From an uncultured virus (IMG/VR IMGVR_UViG_2882234885_000004) (taxonomy: Duplodnaviria; Heunggongvirae; Uroviricota; Caudoviricetes), in the IMG/VR virus record IMGVR_UViG_2882234885_000004: a DNA stretch of 64,000 nucleotides; one strand, written 5' to 3'. A program made the translations under genes and the position numbers. Positions 56,750-64,000 of this stretch are shown piece after piece; the first letter of the stretch is position 1, and each line of letters starts with the position of its first letter. A model generated the notes under the pieces. It made no database searches, had not been told where the DNA came from, and was given only the letters and a program-made list of their open reading frames with translations.

Positions 56750-56804
56750 ACCTCATCCTCAAAAAAGACGAGACCTGTGTGCGTCAGCCAAGAGGGGGAT
56801 GACG

Positions 56805-59126
56805 ATGGAGAGAAAATTCAACACAAATGGGACCGCAAGGTTCACCAATATCAAAGTTCTGACGGCATGGCTCGAAAATCTCAGCGCAGAGGCCGCTGGG
56901 GAGACCTGTGACCGTCTTCTGGCCGTCCGTAAGGGTCAGTTACCGCACGGCCGCTCTGACGCCATACAGGACGTTATAAGCGCGTCCTTTCAGGTGACAG
57001 GCTATGTGCTCTCGAAACCGGACTGGGCGACCAATTTGGGTCCCAGCAAAGAAGAGAAGTGGGCCATGCAGCGCTCAGCCCTCAGTGAGCGCCTGCAGAA
57101 GTTCTATAACTATTGCGCAGAGTTCGGCCAGACCCCCAATGTCGGCTTTTGGGCGGATGGGGAGTATGCCTTTCTGTATCTCGGGAACCCCAGCTCCGGT
57201 ATCATTGTGCCGGAGCCGGAAAAGTATCTGGAGTACATCCCACCGAAGGACTATTCCGCTATGACCCCGCTCCAGGTACGAAAGCAACTCGGTGTCGGCA
57301 TATCTCAGGAAGACGGCGATATCCAATCTCTGGTCTCCGCAGAGGTCGAGGCCAGTCTAACAGGTGCGGACCTCAAGAAAAGTCTGGACGACCAGAATCA
57401 AGCGATTGCGGATATCGAGCAGGAAATGAAAGATACTCGGGAGGCCAAGACCGGAGAACTGGCAGAACTCCGCATGGAACTGGAACGTATCCAGGCGGAA
57501 CTGGATGCCAAGAAGTCCGCGCTCATGGCAGAACTGGAACAGAAGAAGCGGTATATGGAGCAGATGAAGGAACAGATGGAAAACCAAATCTATCTGCTGG
57601 ACTCTCAAATCTATGCCATCCGCTGCTTCGCCGGAGAGGTCGTCCAGTTTGCCCGCATCCGGTCCGGCCGAAATGCCCCTATCACCGAGCCTATCGTCAT
57701 TCATCAGAAACTCCGGTTCCTGGATGAAGACCTGGGCCGCCTAGCGTCTCTCTACGAAATCCAGTGGGAGAGACTGGACCTGTTTGAACAGTTCCTCCGG
57801 CACTCGCCGCTGGCCTTGGATACCTTCGCTCCCAACGAGCGTTGCGTTGTCCTAGTCCGCCTGAGCCGTACCGGCACACAGCAGGGAAGGGACAACATCC
57901 GCCTCTATACGAATCTCTTCAAGAACTATGAGTATTACCACGGGAAGACCGTGGGCATCATCATCCGAAATGGGGAGAACCTGTATCTGGGTTGGACGGA
58001 AGAGGATAGAGTTCATATCGAGGATGACCTGCTTATCTCCAAGGTGGTCACGGAAGTGACGCCGGGAGAAGAACCAGAATTCATGTTTGAATCGGAGCGT
58101 GAGTGGTACGAGCAACAACAAAAAGCTGAGCGTCGCCGCCTGGTGGATGGGCTGGTCTCCCGCTCCTTCGTTTACAACATCCTGCAGGGCATCGTGGAGC
58201 ACACCGATATGCTCCCGCTCCCGGAGGGCGTGGCGCTGAATAAGCCCTCGGAGTATGTCATCTACTCTGTGGCGGACAAATGGCTGGTAGACAACCGCTT
58301 TGGTTCCTTCAACGAAATCGTTGAAAAGTCCAATGAACGGGTCACAGAAGGTGATATGCTATTGACAGTCCAGCACCTTATCCCAGAGCGTAGCTCCTGG
58401 GGCGGAAACTACAGCCCCCGCTGGGACAATGTGCGCGGCAGAGGCGACCGAAACCGGACCCATGACTGCCATGTGGATGACTGCAAAATATATCCCGCCA
58501 ATCTGGTTGAATATGATGAACCTGTCAGCAAGACACGTTTCAAGCGCCTGGTGCCGCCTGGGTACTTCGAACTCCAGAAGAACCCAGACGCGAAGCCCAC
58601 TTGGCGGGAGTTCGTCGAGTACACTGACAGGTATGAGCCGCTCCACAACGAGGATGGTTCCGAGGTCCCGCCAGATGAGCAGGACCAAATTATCGATGTG
58701 TTCGATTACCGTAGACAGCATGTCTATGTCTCTGTGCCGAAAATGTTCAGCTACGCTGATGCTCGTTCAAATTTTGAACTACAGCCGGAAGAATATATCA
58801 ATCTGACCTACCTCAACAGTGTTTGGCTGGAGTGGGCTGTGACCACCAAGAACCTGGGTGGATGGACGGTGGGCAGTAAGGAAGTGACCTACGCCTATGC
58901 CATCAAGTACATCAAGACGGCCCTGGACTTCATTCGGAAGCGGGAAGCGGAGGAAAAAGCGAACCTGGATGCCGTGGACAGCACCATTACCCAGGACCCG
59001 GATTGGCCGCTGCGGCTGAGCGAATGGAAGCTGGCGAAGGGGGTGCGGCAAATCACGCCATATCAGGCAAAGCGGTTCGCCAAATATTACAAAGAGCGGG
59101 GAGTGGTAAGTAATGGAGCGGGATGA
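56805..59126 (+). CDS. Large hypothetical protein with a long coiled coil
   Basis: GAGGGGG RBS; about 80-aa heptad region. Confidence 0.8.
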   Translation: MERKFNTNGTARFTNIKVLTAWLENLSAEAAGETCDRLLAVRKGQLPHGRSDAIQDVISASFQVTGYVLSKPDWATNLGPSKEEKWAMQRSALSERLQKFYNYCAEFGQTPNVGFWADGEYAFLYLGNPSSGIIVPEPEKYLEYIPPKDYSAMTPLQVRKQLGVGISQEDGDIQSLVSAEVEASLTGADLKKSLDDQNQAIADIEQEMKDTREAKTGELAELRMELERIQAELDAKKSALMAELEQKKRYMEQMKEQMENQIYLLDSQIYAIRCFAGEVVQFARIRSGRNAPITEPIVIHQKLRFLDEDLGRLASLYEIQWERLDLFEQFLRHSPLALDTFAPNERCVVLVRLSRTGTQQGRDNIRLYTNLFKNYEYYHGKTVGIIIRNGENLYLGWTEEDRVHIEDDLLISKVVTEVTPGEEPEFMFESEREWYEQQQKAERRRLVDGLVSRSFVYNILQGIVEHTDMLPLPEGVALNKPSEYVIYSVADKWLVDNRFGSFNEIVEKSNERVTEGDMLLTVQHLIPERSSWGGNYSPRWDNVRGRGDRNRTHDCHVDDCKIYPANLVEYDEPVSKTRFKRLVPPGYFELQKNPDAKPTWREFVEYTDRYEPLHNEDGSEVPPDEQDQIIDVFDYRRQHVYVSVPKMFSYADARSNFELQPEEYINLTYLNSVWLEWAVTTKNLGGWTVGSKEVTYAYAIKYIKTALDFIRKREAEEKANLDAVDSTITQDPDWPLRLSEWKLAKGVRQITPYQAKRFAKYYKERGVVSNGAG

Positions 59127-59517
59127 CCTCATCCTTCGGAGGGTCGCGGCCGCCTACTTCGCGGGGGATGAGGTCATCCCCTGCGGAGAGGCCCGGGCTG
59201 CGATAGAGATGTGTCCGGCGGCAGAACTTCCGCCAGACTGGCTCAGCAGGGAAGCCGTCCAGTTGGCCGTAAGAGAAGCCTATACTGGCTGTATGGATTC
59301 GACCGTCTATGCGCCAAGGGATTTCCTCCGTCTGCTGGACATAGTTCCGTCAGTCCGGCAGCATGAGCAAAATTTCGGTCACTGGATACGCCGGGATGTG
59401 GCAGGGGAGGACCCGTGGGAGTGCAGTGAGTGCGGCAATTCCGTTCCGGTCTATGGATATCATTTCTGTCCAAACTGTGGGTTTCCGATGAGATTGGGAA
59501 AGAAGGCGGGTAAATGA
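59113..59517 (+). CDS. Phage-like protein with a C-terminal Zn ribbon
   Basis: GHW..CSECG..FCPNCG. Confidence 0.7.
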   Translation: MERDDLILRRVAAAYFAGDEVIPCGEARAAIEMCPAAELPPDWLSREAVQLAVREAYTGCMDSTVYAPRDFLRLLDIVPSVRQHEQNFGHWIRRDVAGEDPWECSECGNSVPVYGYHFCPNCGFPMRLGKKAGK

Positions 59518-60062
59518 AACCTGAAAGTTGCATTCGCAAACTGCCGATTTATCAAGGCAATATCCTCGAAATATCCCATCCGGCTCCGACCTTTATCGTC
59601 CAGCAGGTCAACTGTAAGGGCGTGATGGGTGCTGGTCTGGCAAGGCAAATTCGGGCGAAATGGCCCGGTATCTATGCGCCATATGTAGAAATCTGTCGGA
59701 ACAAGGGTGTACAGGCACTGGGCACAATGTTTCCCTATGTGACACCAGATAATGGTCCCGTTATCTGCAACTGCTTTGCCCAAGACGACTATGGCCGCGA
59801 TAGGCAATATACCTCATATCCGCACCTCCATAAAAGTCTTTGTCAAGTAAGGGCGTATGCGGAAAGCCATTTCAAAGATTATCTTGGTACAAAAACGCCA
59901 GTCTCTATTGCAATCCCCTATGGGTTGGGATGCGGCCTGGCCGGAGGCGATTGGAACACGGTTTATGGCATCCTTAACGAGGTGTTCTTTGACTGCAATA
60001 ACAACTATCTGCACGTTTACATTTGCAAATTGCCCGAGCGGCGGAAGGAGGAACTGAAATGA
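59514..60062 (+). CDS. Macro domain protein (ADP-ribose processing)
   Basis: QQVNCKGVMGAGLA; IAIPYGLGCGLAGGDW. Confidence 0.88.
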   Translation: MKPESCIRKLPIYQGNILEISHPAPTFIVQQVNCKGVMGAGLARQIRAKWPGIYAPYVEICRNKGVQALGTMFPYVTPDNGPVICNCFAQDDYGRDRQYTSYPHLHKSLCQVRAYAESHFKDYLGTKTPVSIAIPYGLGCGLAGGDWNTVYGILNEVFFDCNNNYLHVYICKLPERRKEELK

Positions 60063-60688
60063 GCACTGTCCCGAGAAGCCCGTATCCAGATGGAGACCGC
60101 AGCATCCTGGCCTGTCCATCCTGCGGAAGCGGTGAATACCTGTGGAACGAGGACGGAAACCGCAACCATTTCTGCGGCCAGTGCGGTCAGGCTATTGATT
60201 GGGGGGATGAAGCGCCCAGGAAGGACCTGCGGGTCGCCTGTTATTGCCGTGTGGCCACCAGGGAGCAGGCGGAGGAAACTGACATGGAGACGCAACGTGA
60301 GCTGCTTGCAAGGGAAATCAAGAACGGAAAGTTCGGTCCCAACTGCTATATCCTGAACCCGCAGGAAGACCCCGCCGCCGTCAAGGCGCTCCGGGCCTAT
60401 GCCGCCGCGACTGACAACGGGGAACTGGGCATGAGCCTACTGGCTACCATCAAGCCGTTGGAGCGGCCGGAGGAATGCCCATTCGACCAAAGCACCAAAA
60501 CACTTCAGTGCCTGTTCGATGAGGCGTGGAAGCTGAACACTTCCGCAGAAACCAGAAGCCAATTTACCCAGATGGTCACGGACCAGCTCTCCGGCATCAT
60601 GCAGGATTTCAATTTCCTGGTGGAGAACTGGAAGCTGATGACTGGATTCGCGGATTTCCCGCAGGACAAGGAGGACAACGAAACATGA
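60059..60688 (+). CDS. Mosaic hypothetical protein (Zn ribbon plus serine-recombinase-like fragment)
   Basis: CPSCG..FCGQCGQAIDW, then RVACYCRVATREQ. Confidence 0.6.
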   Translation: MSTVPRSPYPDGDRSILACPSCGSGEYLWNEDGNRNHFCGQCGQAIDWGDEAPRKDLRVACYCRVATREQAEETDMETQRELLAREIKNGKFGPNCYILNPQEDPAAVKALRAYAAATDNGELGMSLLATIKPLERPEECPFDQSTKTLQCLFDEAWKLNTSAETRSQFTQMVTDQLSGIMQDFNFLVENWKLMTGFADFPQDKEDNET

Positions 60689-60876
60689 AAACCTACAAGC
60701 TGGTTCTGGGCGGCTTGGATATGCTTGCGGCAGCCGCATCCCTGGCTTTGGCCATCAAAAAGAAGAGCAGCCTGCAGTACGGGTTTGCGGTCGGATTTGC
60801 TCTGATGGGCGCACTCAATCTGCTGGACGCCGCCCAGGACGACAAGTACCCCGACATCTATGGTGGCCGGGCATGA
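60685..60876 (+). CDS. Small membrane protein
   Basis: AAGGAGG RBS; two hydrophobic stretches. Confidence 0.6.
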   Translation: MKTYKLVLGGLDMLAAAASLALAIKKKSSLQYGFAVGFALMGALNLLDAAQDDKYPDIYGGRA

Positions 60877-61298
60877 CCTGCGTCATCTGCTTGGAGGATA
60901 GGGGAGGGGTGATGTTCAATCACCGCCGGGTCAGCCGGGATGCGGCCGTCACAGACCGTATCCTGAAACTCGCCGCCGAGTACGGCCCGCTGAATATCAC
61001 CCCATATACCCTCCGCCTCCTGCCACAGGAAAATATCCCCTCATGCGTAGCCCATATCTGCGACCACCCGATTACTGAGGAAAAAGGCACCTGCTGGTTG
61101 GAGGATACCGTTGGAGAACTGCGGCCTGACGCCGCAGACAGGCTAATTCTCTTCCGTTGGAACCGAACATATCCGGCAGACACGCTCTTTGACCGCGAGG
61201 CATTCTTTTCCGGGGGCAACTGGAAGCTGACAAGCCAAGAGGAATTCCCCGGGAAATCTCACGAAAAAATCACTATGGAGGTATACCACCGTGCTTAG
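60873..61298 (+). CDS. Hypothetical protein, possible DHFR-like fold
   Basis: GVMFNHRRVSRD, WNRTYPAD, FPGKSHEKIT. Confidence 0.55.
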   Translation: MTCVICLEDRGGVMFNHRRVSRDAAVTDRILKLAAEYGPLNITPYTLRLLPQENIPSCVAHICDHPITEEKGTCWLEDTVGELRPDAADRLILFRWNRTYPADTLFDREAFFSGGNWKLTSQEEFPGKSHEKITMEVYHRA

Positions 61299-62106
61299 AC
61301 AGAAAATTTTAGCGATTGGCACCGCCCTGCTTCTCACCTTTTCCCTTGCCGGGTGCGGCGGGGAGGCCACTCTGGGCGATATCTATGATGGGCTCAGCGA
61401 TATTCCGGTCGAGGATATCGTGGATGGGGCCTCCGGTCTGCTGGATGGAGCGATTCAGGACGCCACGGATGCCTGGAACGAAGGTACATCCCAGAGCGCC
61501 GGGCAGAGCACCAGCGCTGTATCCTTGGACGACATCCCCGAGTTCAGCGACAGTCCTTATGTTACAGTGAATGACAATATCCCGTACTTTACAAAAGATG
61601 ACCTGACCACGGAGGCGTTTGAGACCTATTCTGAGTTGGATGACCTGGGCCGCTGCGGCGTCGCATACGCCAATGTGTGTCAGGAACTGATGCCCACCGA
61701 GGACCGGGGCGAAATCGGCCAGGTGAAGCCGACCGGCTGGCACACTGTCAAGTATGATTTTATCAGCGGCAAGTACCTGTACAACCGCTGCCATCTGCTG
61801 GGGTATCAGCTCACAGCGGAGAATGCCAACGAACAGAACCTCATCACAGGCACCAGATACCTCAATGTAGAGGGGATGCTCCCGTTCGAGAACATGGTCG
61901 CCGACTATGTGGAGGAAACAGATAACCATGTGCTCTACCGTGTGACTCCTATCTTCCAGGACGACGAACTGGTGGCCCGGGGCGTCCTCATGGAGGCCCT
62001 ATCGGTTGAGGACGACGGCGAGGGTATTTGCTTCAATGTCTACTGCTACAACAACCAGCCCGGCGTCATCATCGACTATGCGACAGGGGAGAGCCAGGCT
62101 GCTTGA
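61291..62106 (+). CDS. Lipoprotein DNA/RNA non-specific endonuclease
   Basis: Lipobox LAGC; LDDLGRC, PTGW, YNRCHL, NLITGTRYLN, YRVTP. Confidence 0.9.
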   Translation: MLRQKILAIGTALLLTFSLAGCGGEATLGDIYDGLSDIPVEDIVDGASGLLDGAIQDATDAWNEGTSQSAGQSTSAVSLDDIPEFSDSPYVTVNDNIPYFTKDDLTTEAFETYSELDDLGRCGVAYANVCQELMPTEDRGEIGQVKPTGWHTVKYDFISGKYLYNRCHLLGYQLTAENANEQNLITGTRYLNVEGMLPFENMVADYVEETDNHVLYRVTPIFQDDELVARGVLMEALSVEDDGEGICFNVYCYNNQPGVIIDYATGESQAA

Positions 62107-62121
62107 TAGAGAGGACCAGTT

Positions 62122-62565
62122 ATGATATATACCGTTTTAACTAACAAGGCAATACAGATTGCTTATGAGGCCCATCAGGGGCAGGTCGACAAAGCGGGAC
62201 TCCCGTACATCTTCCATCCATTCCATCTAGCCGAGCAGATGACGGATGAAATCTCGACCTGTGTGGCCCTGCTCCACGATGTGGCGGAGGATACCGATGT
62301 GTCGCTGGACGACCTGGCCGGGGAGTTTCCCCCAGAGGTCATGGAACCGCTGCGGAAGCTCACCCACCAGACTGGGGTGTCCTATGCTGACTACATCATC
62401 GGCCTACGGGATGACCCGGTGGCCAAGAAGGTCAAAATGGCTGACATCCGGCACAACTCGGACATGAGCCGATTCTCCGGGGGAAAGCCTATCTCGCCTC
62501 GGGATGCTGCCAGACTGGGCGAAAAGTATAAGATGGCTTTGGCCCTTCTCTCAGAAGGACACTAA
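62122..62565 (+). CDS. HD-domain small alarmone hydrolase-like protein (RelA/SpoT hydrolase, Mesh1-like)
   Basis: AHQGQVDKAGLPYIFHP, LLHDVAED, VKMADIRHN. Confidence 0.85.
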   Translation: MIYTVLTNKAIQIAYEAHQGQVDKAGLPYIFHPFHLAEQMTDEISTCVALLHDVAEDTDVSLDDLAGEFPPEVMEPLRKLTHQTGVSYADYIIGLRDDPVAKKVKMADIRHNSDMSRFSGGKPISPRDAARLGEKYKMALALLSEGH

Positions 62566-62589
62566 AATTTCGATAGGAGGTTTTCTGCT

Positions 62590-62814
62590 ATGAAGCATAA
62601 GCGAGCATTTACTGTCCTTGTGGGCATTGCTATCGGCGGCGCGGTCGCCGCCATCGTCCATCAGCTCCGTAAGCCGGTCACATACAATCTTCGTGACAGC
62701 AGCGGGAAAGTGGCGGCCACCGGCACGACGAAGGATGGAAAGGTCACAGTCGACGGGTCGCTTCCCTATGGAACATACACCATTCGGGAGGAAGACCCGG
62801 CCGCCGCTGAGTGA
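62590..62814 (+). CDS. Small membrane-anchored protein with a partial SpaA/Cna-B-like domain
   Basis: TM helix, then TTKDGKVTV..LPYGTYTIRE. Confidence 0.55.
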   Translation: MKHKRAFTVLVGIAIGGAVAAIVHQLRKPVTYNLRDSSGKVAATGTTKDGKVTVDGSLPYGTYTIREEDPAAAE

Positions 62815-62826
62815 GGGTGATGCAGT

Positions 62827-63384
62827 ATGATTCTGGCTTTTACAGGGGCCGGTATCTCCCAGGCATCCGATGTCCCCACATTTGCTGAACAGCCGGGTAT
62901 CCGGGACTGCCTCACCCGCAGTTATGCTATCCAGCACCCGGCGGAGTATAGGGAGGTCATCGCTGAGATGCAGGCGGCATGTGATGCCGCTGCTCCCAAT
63001 GACGCTCATCTCGCCCTCGCAGAGTATGATGTTCCGGTCATTACTATGAATGTCGACGGGCTTCACCAGAGGGCCAGGAGCCGCCACATTCTGGCTATCC
63101 ACGGTACTCTGCCGGACATCGTGCTCTATGACGACCCGGCACCGCTGTACGAAGTGGCTCACAACTGGGTGTTCCAGTTGAGGGAGGGGGACTTTTTCCT
63201 GATAGTGGGAACATCCTACTACACCAACATCTCTGTGCAGCTCAAACGGGAGGCGCTCAGAAGGGGAGCAGATGTGTTCGAAATCGACCACGATGCGGAG
63301 CATCTGGTCCGAGACTTCCTCCAGAAGGCGGATACTCCGGCCTGCACATTTGAGCAATTTTTGGCAAGAAGCCCATATGTATGA
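62827..63384 (+). CDS. Compact Sir2-family NAD-dependent deacylase
   Basis: FTGAGIS..SDVPTF, NVDGLHQRA, IHG, VGTS. Confidence 0.88.
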   Translation: MILAFTGAGISQASDVPTFAEQPGIRDCLTRSYAIQHPAEYREVIAEMQAACDAAAPNDAHLALAEYDVPVITMNVDGLHQRARSRHILAIHGTLPDIVLYDDPAPLYEVAHNWVFQLREGDFFLIVGTSYYTNISVQLKREALRRGADVFEIDHDAEHLVRDFLQKADTPACTFEQFLARSPYV

Positions 63385-63388
63385 AAAC

Positions 63389-63424
63389 AGCCTGCGGCTC
63401 TAAAATCCTGCCGCAGGCTTTTTC
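63389..63424 (+). terminator. Intrinsic terminator
   Basis: AGCCTGCGGC/GCCGCAGGCT plus T run. Confidence 0.8.
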
Positions 63425-63541
63425 TCATGTTCTCCGGTAAATTGGACAAACAGAAATACTGTGTCTATTCACCTAGTATTAAGCAAGAAAGAATGCTAAA
63501 AATGGCCTGCGTCCATATTGTATGGGCGCAGGCTGGCTTTT

Positions 63542-63976
63542 TTATCCAATAATACTCGATACATAAATTTCACTCTGCTCAGGAAACTCGGCCTGATAGC
63601 GAAAGCCCCTTCCTTTTGGTATTGGAAGTTCTGGGAGAGGGGGAAGTTCCTTCTCTACGGGCCCTGGCTCCGCAGCGGCAGTCTTATGGTAGGTATCTCG
63701 GCGTTGACCTGCCTGCGGGACCGCCTTTATCCCAACAGGGTATCCGCTCTGAATGACGGAACACGGAGCGAGGCAAACGCTGTCTAGGACCTGGGAGGCA
63801 TACAGCATCACAATCAGGTCCCGGAGATATGTGTAGGGCAGAATAAAATCTGACTCAATTGTGACCGAATAGAAAAATGTTGCCTCTACATCATAATATC
63901 CGTCAAGGCTTCCAAAAGGGGTATCCACCCGATAGAGGCAGTATTTGCGGCCCTGAAATTCAGTCTCTTTGAGCAA
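63542..63976 (-). CDS. Hypothetical protein
   Basis: GGAGG upstream; convergent with the Sir2 gene; hairpin at 63505-63530. Confidence 0.55.
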   Translation of the reverse strand: MLKETEFQGRKYCLYRVDTPFGSLDGYYDVEATFFYSVTIESDFILPYTYLRDLIVMLYASQVLDSVCLAPCSVIQSGYPVGIKAVPQAGQRRDTYHKTAAAEPGPVEKELPPLPELPIPKGRGFRYQAEFPEQSEIYVSSIIG

Positions 63977-64000
63977 TACCCCTGTCAGTTCCTCCGTCGG

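Noticed and set aside
41362..60688. Prophage
   Set aside because: No terminase, capsid, tail or integrase genes; the promoters belong to the plasmid family
62827..63384. Thoeris/DSR-type Sir2 defence system
   Set aside because: The motifs are CobB-like and no TIR, HerA or Argonaute partner is adjacent

Overview
This window looks like the backbone of a large conjugative plasmid from a Gram-positive (probably clostridial) host; the host is inferred, not shown. From left to right it contains: (1) a Rep_3-type initiator with an AT-rich region and an iteron array; (2) a degenerate dUTPase and a type IA topoisomerase operon; (3) a divergent SAF/CpaB-like gene and two tandem double-HTH regulators; (4) AAA+/vWA, ERF-recombinase and primase operons; (5) a type IV secretion region (two VirB2-like pilins, VirB6-like, CHAP/lysozyme, VirD4, signal peptidase I, S1-domain protein, PrgI, VirB4, possible relaxase); (6) about 25 kb of co-oriented accessory genes, including MNT, NERD, ECF sigma/anti-sigma, ricin-lysozyme plus lipoprotein, a miniature VirD4 paralogue, macrodomain, HD hydrolase and Sir2. 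I saw no integrase, phage structural genes, CRISPR, rRNA or tRNA. The strongest unexplained signals are mostly non-coding: 14 related promoters, two duplicated octamer-array/promoter/leader/terminator modules, a long rod-like hairpin before the pilin operon, and a promoter-driven pseudoknot-like element at about 53.2 kb. Several apparent pseudo-enzymes also stand out. All family calls come from motif recognition by eye; no database searches were run.
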